From: a virus
Lineage: Duplodnaviria; Caudoviricetes
Length of the DNA: 36,495 nt
Virus record (IMG/VR): IMGVR_UViG_3300042261_000330
Span: 1-36,495 of that record
Strand: one strand, 5' to 3'
The notes under the pieces are model-generated. The model was not told the DNA's origin and ran no database searches. It was given only the letters and a program-made list of their open reading frames with translations. Made by a program: the position numbers and the translations under genes. Shown piece after piece: positions 1-7,858 of the stretch. Position 1 is the stretch's first letter. Every line of letters begins with the position of its first letter.

Positions 1-137
1 AACGCTTTTCTCCTTTTTAGCTTGCTGCGGTAATATTGCTTGCGGTAACAACTTGCGCACCATGGATTTTTAGAATCTATATACCCTGCGAATTTCGAGC
101 CGCATTCTAGACATATTTTAGTTGTTGTTTTTCTCAT
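1..137 (-). CDS. Cys-rich zinc-finger protein, 5' part (runs off window start)
   Basis: RBS GGAGG then ATG at 137; MRKTTTKICLECGSKFAGYIDSKNPWCASCYRKQYYR with two CxxC motifs; no stop before base 1. Confidence 0.7.
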   Translation of the reverse strand, partial: MRKTTTKICLECGSKFAGYIDSKNPWCASCYRKQYYRSKLKRRKA

Positions 138-159
138 TTTGACCTCCAAATAAATTTAT

Positions 160-237
160 TCTCACCACACCTTTTCGCCACCCTTGCGGCGTGAGGTTCT
201 GTATCCTCTGATGTGCGTTATGCTGTTGTCAATGTGC
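160..237 (-). promoter_or_regulatory. boxA-like sequence followed by a structured leader (possible nut-like antitermination site)
   Basis: Minus strand GCACATTGACAA (237-226) resembles boxA; downstream CTCAC...GTGAG closes a GC-rich segment before the next RBS. Confidence 0.35.
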
Positions 238-247
238 GATGGTGCTG

Positions 248-661
248 TTACAGATACGATAAAACTCTGTTGTTTAAGATCTTGCTAATTACTCCGTGAT
301 TGATGCCTGTTGTTCTCTCGATTTCTCTCAAAGAAACTCCCGATTCTTTCAGGGATCTCCATTCTTCAATCTGATTCTTTGAAAATTTAGCCAACGATTT
401 ATTCGGCTTGCCTTTGTATAACTTGCTTAACCTCTCTTTTGTTTCTGGTGTTGCCGGAACTGCTTCTGGGAAGTGTAGCTTTGTATGTTCTGACCTTGTC
501 ATAATGACGAGGTTCTCAACCCTGTTGTCTGCCTTATCGCCATTGATATGATGTACTACTTCATCTGACGATAACTTCCTTCCGATATAAGCCTCCATAA
601 CTAACCGGTGCTCGTCCTTTGTTTTGCCTTCGCAAATTCTAATCCTTTTGTAATTGTTCAT
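248..661 (-). CDS. HNH homing-type endonuclease with C-terminal HTH
   Basis: EHRLVMEAYIGRKL...VVHHINGDKADNRVENL is an HNH_3-type motif; C-terminal SLREIERTTGINHGVISKIL HTH; start moved to ATG 661 behind GAGG. Confidence 0.85.
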   Translation of the reverse strand: MNNYKRIRICEGKTKDEHRLVMEAYIGRKLSSDEVVHHINGDKADNRVENLVIMTRSEHTKLHFPEAVPATPETKERLSKLYKGKPNKSLAKFSKNQIEEWRSLKESGVSLREIERTTGINHGVISKILNNRVLSYL

Positions 662-674
662 GTTCACATCCTCT

Positions 675-690
675 GTTTTCATTTGCAACC
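675..690. promoter_or_regulatory. Putative repressor operator downstream of cro
   Basis: Minus strand GGTTGC-AAAT-GAAAAC matches the GGTTAC-N4-GTAAMC pattern at 944 and 1060. Confidence 0.45.
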
Positions 691-706
691 ACTGTTCCAA
701 AAAAAA

Positions 707-919
707 TTATTTTTCTACAAAATAATCTTCGAATTCCATTTGTTCGCCTTTTTCTCTAAAATATTGAATAATCTTAACTGCGTTCGATATTTTAAATTCC
801 TCGCCTTTGTAAAACTTCTTCGATACAGCAGGCAAGCTCATTTCCGCTATGTCTGCTATATCTTGCTGTGTAAGTTTATATTTTGCCATTAGTCCTTCAA
901 GTTTCCAATATCTCCTCAT
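707..919 (-). CDS. Cro-like XRE HTH regulator
   Basis: LTQQDIADIAEMSLPAVSKK HTH; 70 aa from ATG 919 behind GGAAGGGGTG; divergent from cI-like gene. Confidence 0.85.
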   Translation of the reverse strand: MRRYWKLEGLMAKYKLTQQDIADIAEMSLPAVSKKFYKGEEFKISNAVKIIQYFREKGEQMEFEDYFVEK

Positions 920-943
920 CTTATCACCCCTTCCATTATTTTC

Positions 944-959
944 GGTTACGTTCGCAACC
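944..959. promoter_or_regulatory. Putative repressor operator
   Basis: Imperfect palindrome GGTTAC-GTTC-GCAACC just downstream of the leftward promoter. Confidence 0.6.
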
Positions 960-970
960 AACTTGATATT

Positions 971-999
971 ATTGTAAACTAGCTGCCGAAATATGTCAA
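971..999 (-). promoter_or_regulatory. sigmaA promoter for the lytic early (cro) operon
   Basis: TTGACA (999-994), 17-bp spacer, TACAAT (976-971); an operator half-site GTAAAC overlaps the -10. Confidence 0.8.
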
Positions 1000-1030
1000 T
1001 ACTTTTTTAAAAGTTTTTTTAAAAAAATTA

Positions 1031-1059
1031 TTTACCTTTAGTTTAAAATGATATATACT
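1031..1059 (+). promoter_or_regulatory. Weak promoter for cI-int operon
   Basis: TTTACC, 17-bp spacer, TATACT upstream of the repressor RBS. Confidence 0.45.
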
Positions 1060-1075
1060 GGTTACAATAGTAAAC
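1060..1075. promoter_or_regulatory. Putative repressor operator
   Basis: Near-perfect palindrome GGTTAC-AATA-GTAAAC directly after the -10 of the cI promoter. Confidence 0.6.
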
Positions 1076-1097
1076 ATATCATATTGGAGGTGATTAT

Positions 1098-1328
1098 GTG
1101 GATACAAAGGAATTTTTTGCCGCAAGGTTAAGACAATTAAGGGAAAGCAGAGGAATGGGAGTAAGAGAACTAGCGGACAAAATCGGTATAAGTCACCCAG
1201 CCATAAGCCAATACGAAAATCTAAAGAGAGAGCCGAATACAAGTATATGCGCTCAATTTGCGAAATACTTCAATGTAAGCTCCGATTATTTATTAGGCTT
1301 AACCGATGATCCAAGAAGAAAGGAGTAA
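1098..1328 (+). CDS. CI-like XRE repressor (HTH only, no S24 peptidase domain)
   Basis: FAARLRQLRESRGMGVRELADKIGISHPAISQYENLKREP...FNVSSDYLLG is a typical XRE/ImmR-like HTH; RBS GGAGGTG. Confidence 0.9.
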   Translation: MDTKEFFAARLRQLRESRGMGVRELADKIGISHPAISQYENLKREPNTSICAQFAKYFNVSSDYLLGLTDDPRRKE

Positions 1329-1331
1329 ACT

Positions 1332-2480
1332 ATGCCAAGAAAAAAGGTAAAGAACGCCAACGGGCAAGGTAGCATATCCAGGATGGCTGACGGCCGTTTG
1401 AAGTGGCAAAAAATGATTGACGGGCAATACATGACCGCTACTGCCAAGACACCGCAAGAGCTCCAAGAGAAGATTAAAAAGAAAATAGGGCTTCCTATTA
1501 TAAAGGAAAAGATAAAAGCGTCTGATTGGTTTGAAACATGGCTTGAACAGGTAAAGAGTCTTAAGAAGCCCGCCACCTATAATCAGTATAAATCCATGTG
1601 GGAATATTATATTGAACCTGCGATAGGTAAATTTCAAATGAAGAATATCAGTAGCCATCAGATACAGGGCATTATTGCCGATATGAATAGCAAGGGATTG
1701 TCTACATGGACAATGAAACACACAAGAAAAGTTTTGCATATTGCTTTTGAGAGTGCTGTTGATAATAAGATTGTTCCGGAGTCACCAGTAAACAAAATTG
1801 AGATACCTTCCAAACAGGTAAAGAAGCAAAAAACAATCGACACAAAACAACTAGCTATCATGTTTAAGCACCTCAAAAATACCCGATGGTATTGGGCCTG
1901 TAGATTTCTGCTTGAAACTGGTCTAAGGCGCGGCGAATTCCTTGCCCTTAAATGGTCTGATATTGACTTTGAGAACAATAGAATAATAGTTGATGAAAGT
2001 AATAGTGTAGGCGGTATAGGTGACACCAAGAGCGCAAAAACACACTATGCGCCGCTGTCAGAGAGAGCGAAATACTTCTTACAAGAACATAAGAATATGT
2101 TAATCCAGGAACCTAACCCGGTATTATATAGCGACCTCGATTTAATATTCCCTACCGATGAAGGTGAGTTAATGAAGCCTGATAGCTTTAATAGTGTACT
2201 GGATAGAATTAATGCTAAAGCTGGCATCCATATTACACCACATATGTTCCGTCATACGTTTGTATTCATGTCTAAAGGTAAATTAACCCTGTCAGAACTC
2301 CAAGAAGCACTAGGGCATGACGAGAGCACAACTACATTAGATTTGTATGGAACAATGCTAAGTGATACTGTGAAGGTATCTAAGAAGATTGATGAAGCAT
2401 TTGCAACATTGGATGAAGAAATTGAGAAGCTCCAAGAAGCTAAGCAAGGAAAGATAGTACAATTTAGAAAAGCAAAATAA
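1332..2480 (+). CDS. int: Tyrosine recombinase (phage integrase)
   Basis: TGLRRGE (R), TK (K), HMFRH (HxxR), LGH, and Y in LDLY; N-terminal arm-binding segment NGQGSI; adjacent attP. Confidence 0.96.
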   Translation: MPRKKVKNANGQGSISRMADGRLKWQKMIDGQYMTATAKTPQELQEKIKKKIGLPIIKEKIKASDWFETWLEQVKSLKKPATYNQYKSMWEYYIEPAIGKFQMKNISSHQIQGIIADMNSKGLSTWTMKHTRKVLHIAFESAVDNKIVPESPVNKIEIPSKQVKKQKTIDTKQLAIMFKHLKNTRWYWACRFLLETGLRRGEFLALKWSDIDFENNRIIVDESNSVGGIGDTKSAKTHYAPLSERAKYFLQEHKNMLIQEPNPVLYSDLDLIFPTDEGELMKPDSFNSVLDRINAKAGIHITPHMFRHTFVFMSKGKLTLSELQEALGHDESTTTLDLYGTMLSDTVKVSKKIDEAFATLDEEIEKLQEAKQGKIVQFRKAK

Positions 2481-2484
2481 TTTG

Positions 2485-2508
2485 TAAGCCGCAAGGCTTA
2501 TTTTTTTT
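2485..2508 (+). terminator. Intrinsic terminator after int
   Basis: TAAGCC-GCAA-GGCTTA hairpin followed by T8. Confidence 0.85.
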
Positions 2509-2519
2509 GAATAAATTTA

Positions 2520-2541
2520 TTTTAGGTACATTTTAGGTACA
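2520..2541 (+). repeat. Integrase arm-type sites, left arm (2 x TTTTAGGTACA)
   Basis: Tandem 11-bp direct repeats left of the att core. Confidence 0.8.
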
Positions 2542-2552
2542 AAATATAAAAA

Positions 2553-2588
2553 AAATAAGCGAGTCCATTTTCTGAAACCCGCTTATTT
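2553..2588 (-). terminator. Terminator downstream of the tRNA 3' fragment
   Basis: AAATAAGCG...CGCTTATTT inverted repeat, followed by a T run on the minus strand, immediately 3' of the tRNA CCA. Confidence 0.6.
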
Positions 2589-2591
2589 CAA

Positions 2592-2641
2592 TGGTCGGAG
2601 TGACGTAAATCGAATACGCGACCTCTTGCACCCCAAGCAAG
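2592..2641 (-). other. attP: attP core: 3' half of tRNA-Pro(GGG)
   Basis: Minus strand CTTGC-TTGGGGT-GCAAG (anticodon arm, GGG), AGGTC, GCGTA-TTCGATT-TACGT (T arm), CACTCCG-A-CCA; 5' half absent. Confidence 0.9.
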
Positions 2642-2754
2642 TATTTTAATAAATAATAAAATTTAATAAATTTAAAGAAAAGTATTTATTTAGCATATTT
2701 GAGGCCCATGTTTTCAAGTGCAAACACCTAATAATTGTAAAATTTAAACTTATA

Positions 2755-2796
2755 TTTTAGGTACAATTTAGGTACATTAGGTACATTTTAGGTACA
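2755..2796 (+). repeat. Integrase arm-type sites, right arm (4 x TTAGGTACA)
   Basis: Four tandem copies of the same motif as the left arm. Confidence 0.8.
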
Positions 2797-2830
2797 AAAA
2801 AACAAGCCCCTAGCAATTACGCTAGAGGCT
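2796..2830 (-). terminator. Terminator of late/lysis operon
   Basis: AGCC(T)CTAGC...GCTAG(G)GGCT hairpin then T-rich run on the minus strand, just after the holin stop. Confidence 0.7.
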
Positions 2831-2836
2831 ACTTTG

Positions 2837-3034
2837 TTATATCCCTTTTGGATTTGTCGCATCGTTTATTACTCCAACTGTTACCAGTATTTGAAGTACT
2901 AATGCCGCTACATTACCAACTGTTCCTGCATCCACACCTAATTCCTTCCATAGTCCTGTTAATTGCCCTAGTGATATAATCTGTGCTGCTAATGCCGACC
3001 ATAACACTTTACTTTTAAACCTATTCTGTTTCAT
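2837..3034 (-). CDS. Holin
   Basis: 65 aa, two hydrophobic segments, NRFKSKVLW...GVINDATNPKG pattern of Firmicutes phage holins. Confidence 0.85.
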   Translation of the reverse strand: MKQNRFKSKVLWSALAAQIISLGQLTGLWKELGVDAGTVGNVAALVLQILVTVGVINDATNPKGI

Positions 3035-3046
3035 ATATGTATTCTC

Positions 3047-3328
3047 CTATCTTAATAAAATTGCTACTGCAATACTTCCTATTCCCAGTATCAGCGTAAC
3101 GCCTAGCCCTATAAACCACTTAATCGTATTCACAAGCCCGTCAATCTTGTTGCACAACTCCTTGATTGCCTGTGTATTAGTTGAGTCCGAGCAAGTTAAA
3201 GTATCTATTTTAGCTTCATCTTTCCCAAGCCTCCCTTCGAGAGAATCTATCCTGTGATGTGCCGATTTTGTACTTGCCTCTACTTCCTTAAGTATTTCCC
3301 TTGTCTCTGTATGATTATCACAAGCCAT
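3047..3328 (-). CDS. XhlA-like lysis-associated membrane protein
   Basis: STKSAHHRID coiled coil plus C-terminal TM (KWFIGLGVTLILG); between endolysin and holin. Confidence 0.7.
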   Translation of the reverse strand: MACDNHTETREILKEVEASTKSAHHRIDSLEGRLGKDEAKIDTLTCSDSTNTQAIKELCNKIDGLVNTIKWFIGLGVTLILGIGSIAVAILLR

Positions 3329-3799
3329 CTACTTTTGCCCTCCTGTTGTCCATGATTTTTTATACTGTTCTGGTGTGCCAAATTTCGCTTTTAACGCCTT
3401 AGTTGTTATACCAGGTACAAGTTCATGTACCTGTAAATGTGGCTTGTCTGTGAACGTCTTAAAGTCACCGCCCCAAAATAAACCTAGTTTCTTGCCTATT
3501 GCACCAACCTTGTCAAAGAAGCCGTCTGAATTATCGTATTCTCTGCCCTTGACATTCCTGCAAAAGTCAAACGCCACGCCCCATTGGTGCGGTGATTGGT
3601 ATGTATTGCCCTTGCAATTTGTAATAATGCGCCCTGGCTTAGTTCTGCCTTGTGCATACATCCCATCTTGCTCTTGCATGGTGCGGTGGCCTTCTGTAAT
3701 TAAGATAGGTAAGCCTTGTTTCTTGCACTCTGCTAGAAGTGCGTTAATCTTAGCTATCGTCAGCGGGTGCATGAGCTCTTTGCCTAATGGATATCGCAT
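3329..3799 (-). CDS. Endolysin, M15 family L-Ala-D-Glu peptidase
   Basis: ITEGHRTMQEQDGMYAQGRTKPG, SPHQWGVAFD, WGGDF, DKPHLQ motifs; ATG 3799 behind AAAGGAGG. Confidence 0.92.
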   Translation of the reverse strand: MRYPLGKELMHPLTIAKINALLAECKKQGLPILITEGHRTMQEQDGMYAQGRTKPGRIITNCKGNTYQSPHQWGVAFDFCRNVKGREYDNSDGFFDKVGAIGKKLGLFWGGDFKTFTDKPHLQVHELVPGITTKALKAKFGTPEQYKKSWTTGGQK

Positions 3800-3829
3800 A
3801 TTGCCTCCTTTCTGCATAATAAAAGGCGA

Positions 3830-6800
3830 TCATCTCTGACCGCCCTTGCCTATTAATTTATTTGCCTGTTCTGCTAGTGTGACTTGCTGCTTCTTTATTG
3901 CCCTTAATACTTCATCCCGCTTTGAGTATGGATTTATGCTTAGTTTCTTAAGAGTTTCCTTATCATCAGTAGTCATGCTGCCTGCCTGAAATCTTAGTGA
4001 AATATCCCCTAGCATAGACATTTCCTTGCTAGTTTTAAGGAATTTGTTTTTCAAGACTTCAACATCAGTAACTTTTTTAGAGTCAATTTTTTCTATTATA
4101 TTCTTGTCTGATGCCTGTGTTTGTAGTTTGTCAAGATTATCATAGAAGTTTTGAACATACTGGTTACTGTATAGTGGGTCTGATTTAAATGCTGTTTTAA
4201 GAGGCTTTATTGCATCAGCGCCCTTTGTTGTAAGAGGTAACCCAAATTGACCTATAACGCCCGTATATGATTTTATAAGGTAATCAATTTGCTTTGGTGA
4301 CCATCCTTGTCCACCTGTGGCTTTTGCAGCAAGTTCACCTATTTTCTTAGCAATCTCACTTGTGGTTTCGTCATACTGTAAATACCTTGACCTTTTATTC
4401 ATCAACATTCCTAGTGGTACAATCGGTCTGCCTGCAAAGTCTTTATTTGCTGCAAGATTTAATGTAGCTGGTGCAAGGATATTATCTTCTATGGGATTGG
4501 CTGGAGCAAAACTTGTTGCAACTGTTGTGCCAAATCCCTTAAACCCTTCCTTGTCACCATCTGCCGCCCTTAATGCCCTTTGGAATAGTGAGCCAAACAA
4601 TACGCCTAACTCCCTTGATTTAGGTATTTTGTAGAATTCACCCTTGCCATCAGGTATTAAGAAGTAAGTATCTTTTGTCCTATTATCTAATGCTTGATAA
4701 TTTGGATCGTCTTTGTTTATAAGGTACAATGCCACTTCAGGTATTGTTATTATACCTCCTGCTTTAGCAATCGTTTTAAAGGCTGTTTTTGGGTCTTTAA
4801 AGGAACTAAAAAACTTATCTAAGCCTTGAACCCCTGCATTAAGATAAGGGACAAAAGCCTCCATAGTTTTCGTTACATCTCCACCCCTAGCAAAGTTTAC
4901 TGTAACATTATTAGCCGCATACATAGCTTTGTTAATATCACCTGTTGTTTCAAGCACCTTATTAAACTCTGCTACCCTCGGGGCTGCCTCTGTTAGTGAA
5001 TTAAGTTTCTCTATTGCTTTAAGAGGATGAAACCCTTTTTTAGTAAGGCTTTGCGCTGCTTTGTTAGCATTTGATGAATTGAAAAACTGTGAAGATGCGC
5101 CGCCTAGTGCTTGGTACTGCTTATACCCCCCACTATCAGTTAGTATTTCCTTTGTCGCTTTACCTAAGTTTCTTGCAAACTTAAGAGGATTATTTTCAGA
5201 GCCATACACATAAGCTGTTGGGATATCTCTAAATATGTTCCTTACTGCGAACAATGGGTTCTTTTGGGTGATAAGCTGTTTGAATATGTTAGTTGCATTT
5301 CTTAATACCTTAAGATTGTTTATGTTTTTAGGTAGCCCATTCATAAAGTCTAGCACATCTTTATCATTTACCTTAATGTAAACAGGTTTGCCGTTCTCTA
5401 GTACACTTATAACATTGTCGGTATTAGCAAACATCCCTTGTTGTGTAGGTATAACCTCACCTATTGCTTTTAACTTATTAGGCTGTTGCCTTATTGAGTC
5501 AAGTAATGATTGCCCGACTTTGTTATACTCCGCTGTCCTTACAGTTCTGTTTACTAGGTTCATTATGTTTTCAAGCGGATTTTGTAAGTTTTTATCAGAT
5601 ATTTTTGCCTTTTGGATTGGTGAAGCTAAATCAGCAAACTTGTTTCGTATCGTTTCAGGCATATTCTTCTCTAACTGGCTGAATGACCTTTGAGTTGGGA
5701 AATAATTTTTATACATTGTCCGCAACTCGTCATACAAATCCTTATCAACTAGCCCTGTGCTTACTCCCCATTCCCGCATGAAATCGTCAATCCACTTTAC
5801 AACATCATTACCTGCTTCCTTGAATGAAGGATTGGCGGCTTCCCATTCCTTAACCGCTCTTTCTGACATTGTAGGGGTATAATCAGGATGGATATTTTTA
5901 CCCTCAAAAGCCCTGTCGATATTATGCCTGTGCGACATATAAGTCCAAAAGTCCTTCTCTTTCCCCTTTGGTATCTTTTCCGCTACCTCTTGAAGTGACT
6001 TGCCTATAACTTTTCCTTGCTGGTCGGTCAATCCCTTGGTAAACATAAAGTCAACCTTGCCGCCCGCATTTCTGCTGTTTGAAGCAAGCACCTTTACATC
6101 ATCGCTACCGCTTAGCTTTGTTACTTTGTTTGAGGCACTTTGGCTGTCAACTATTCTGTTGTAAAACTTTTTAATAGTATCTCCGAATGACATTTTTTCT
6201 TTAGCCTTTTCCATTTCAATATCAACGGAAGATTTAGGCAGAGGCTTTGCACCGCTTTCAAAATCAGCTATTTCAGCATCAGTAAAATTTGACTTGAAGC
6301 TATTTTTCTTCTGCTTTGCCGCAAACGCTTGAAGATTAATCTTCACCAGCTCCTCTTGGTCTAGCGTGGTTTTAGCCTTGCTCTCTAGCTGTGTAATAAG
6401 ATTACCCAGCTCTGCTTCGTCATCAGGTAGTGTTGCCATATAATCATCGACAAACTTCTTCTGATATGGTGTTTTAGGTTCTAGCACATTAGTTGTCTTT
6501 ACCATTTCCCCATTTTCAAACTTAACATCGGGCATTAGCTTTTTAACCTTGCCTTGTTGTAGTATTTCGGTAGGAGTGAATTGACGAGGCGGTGGCAATT
6601 CTTTTGCCGAGGATATACTATCTTGTGATATGTCATTGATTAATGATTTTAACCCCATAAATTCTTCATTAGCAGGTATGTTACCATCATTCGATTCAAA
6701 CCCATTTTCTAGTTGATTTATTGCAATTTCCCTTAATTCCTTTTGACTTGGCTTTTTCTTATATTCTTTATGGTATTCCTGATACCATTTTTCATTTTGG

Positions 6801-7858
6801 CTTACTCTGCCTTGTCTACCTATCACATTCCCTTGTTCATCCCTTATAAGATTGCCAGGTAGAGGTTTTTTTCCATGTGTTGCTTTAAGATAATTAACCT
6901 GCTGTTGTATTATTTCTTCTGCATCATCATTGAGTTGTTTTAGTGCAACCTCTTTTTCTTCTTTTGAAAATCCAAATTTTGAATTAGTTGGCTGAACAGG
7001 CACATCAGCCTTCTTTGCCGCACTCCCCTTCATCGGTGTACTAACCTTAACAACCTTTTGCTCTATCGGCTCAAATATTTCTTTTTGCCCTTCTATGCGA
7101 TTTTTTGGAGTAGTAACCTTGACTTGTGTAACAGGCTCTTGTTTCAATGGTTGTGGAATTGGCTTTGGGGCAGCAACTTCTTCTACTGTTTCTTTTACCG
7201 CTTGCTTAGGAATAGCCTTAGTATTTTTTAAATTCCTATTTGCAGTAGCTATAAGATTTTCTGTTGTTCCTGTTTTTGCCGCTTTACCAACTATACCCGC
7301 CTTAGCCAAATCATCTACTATGCCGCCACCGATATATGTTGTAGGGTCTGCTAGTGTTTCTAGCCCTGATGTGACGAATGATTTTAGTACAGGCGATTTA
7401 ATATTCCCTATTGCCTTACTTGCCCCACTAGGCAGAATATCGCTGACAAAACTTTTCTCACCTATGTTGAGCGGTCTCCCCTCTATTACCCTTGCGGTAT
7501 TGTCTGATACATTCATAAGGAGTTGCCCAGGTGCGGATAGCGTTCTTCCCACTACTCCCGCACCATAGTTTACCGCTCCTTTGCCTAGCTTAGCTAATAA
7601 ATTGTCTTTGCTACTTATCGGCAATAGGTTATAAGCTACATCAACGCCGCCTACCTTGCCATCGTCAAATGTTTCTTTTGCCCGCTCTTTAGAAGCAGCA
7701 GCCCTTGACTTGCGCTCTGCCTCTACCGCTTGTGGATCATAAACAGGCTTAGGCGGGTATTTCATCAATTCCCTTTGAGCCGCAAATTTGCTTTGTCCTG
7801 CCTTGCCTTTTTTAGACGATAAGCCTAACACTTCTCTTTCAGCATCAAATTTACTCAT
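3830..7858 (-). CDS. Large internal virion/ejection protein with C-terminal LPD38-like domain
   Basis: 1342 aa; TVNFARGG..FVPYLNAGVQG and NKDFAGRPIVP..YDETTSEIAK..SPKQIDYLIKSYTG resemble LPD38; last structural gene before lysis. Confidence 0.7.
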   Translation of the reverse strand: MSKFDAEREVLGLSSKKGKAGQSKFAAQRELMKYPPKPVYDPQAVEAERKSRAAASKERAKETFDDGKVGGVDVAYNLLPISSKDNLLAKLGKGAVNYGAGVVGRTLSAPGQLLMNVSDNTARVIEGRPLNIGEKSFVSDILPSGASKAIGNIKSPVLKSFVTSGLETLADPTTYIGGGIVDDLAKAGIVGKAAKTGTTENLIATANRNLKNTKAIPKQAVKETVEEVAAPKPIPQPLKQEPVTQVKVTTPKNRIEGQKEIFEPIEQKVVKVSTPMKGSAAKKADVPVQPTNSKFGFSKEEKEVALKQLNDDAEEIIQQQVNYLKATHGKKPLPGNLIRDEQGNVIGRQGRVSQNEKWYQEYHKEYKKKPSQKELREIAINQLENGFESNDGNIPANEEFMGLKSLINDISQDSISSAKELPPPRQFTPTEILQQGKVKKLMPDVKFENGEMVKTTNVLEPKTPYQKKFVDDYMATLPDDEAELGNLITQLESKAKTTLDQEELVKINLQAFAAKQKKNSFKSNFTDAEIADFESGAKPLPKSSVDIEMEKAKEKMSFGDTIKKFYNRIVDSQSASNKVTKLSGSDDVKVLASNSRNAGGKVDFMFTKGLTDQQGKVIGKSLQEVAEKIPKGKEKDFWTYMSHRHNIDRAFEGKNIHPDYTPTMSERAVKEWEAANPSFKEAGNDVVKWIDDFMREWGVSTGLVDKDLYDELRTMYKNYFPTQRSFSQLEKNMPETIRNKFADLASPIQKAKISDKNLQNPLENIMNLVNRTVRTAEYNKVGQSLLDSIRQQPNKLKAIGEVIPTQQGMFANTDNVISVLENGKPVYIKVNDKDVLDFMNGLPKNINNLKVLRNATNIFKQLITQKNPLFAVRNIFRDIPTAYVYGSENNPLKFARNLGKATKEILTDSGGYKQYQALGGASSQFFNSSNANKAAQSLTKKGFHPLKAIEKLNSLTEAAPRVAEFNKVLETTGDINKAMYAANNVTVNFARGGDVTKTMEAFVPYLNAGVQGLDKFFSSFKDPKTAFKTIAKAGGIITIPEVALYLINKDDPNYQALDNRTKDTYFLIPDGKGEFYKIPKSRELGVLFGSLFQRALRAADGDKEGFKGFGTTVATSFAPANPIEDNILAPATLNLAANKDFAGRPIVPLGMLMNKRSRYLQYDETTSEIAKKIGELAAKATGGQGWSPKQIDYLIKSYTGVIGQFGLPLTTKGADAIKPLKTAFKSDPLYSNQYVQNFYDNLDKLQTQASDKNIIEKIDSKKVTDVEVLKNKFLKTSKEMSMLGDISLRFQAGSMTTDDKETLKKLSINPYSKRDEVLRAIKKQQVTLAEQANKLIGKGGQR

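Noticed and set aside
2592-2641. Complete phage tRNA-Pro gene
   Set aside because: No D arm or 5' acceptor strand; sequence beyond 2641 is unrelated AT-rich DNA.
2755-2796. Tandem TTAGGTACA repeats as a CRISPR or mini-array
   Set aside because: Units are 9-11 bp with no spacers and flank the att core, as expected for integrase arm sites.
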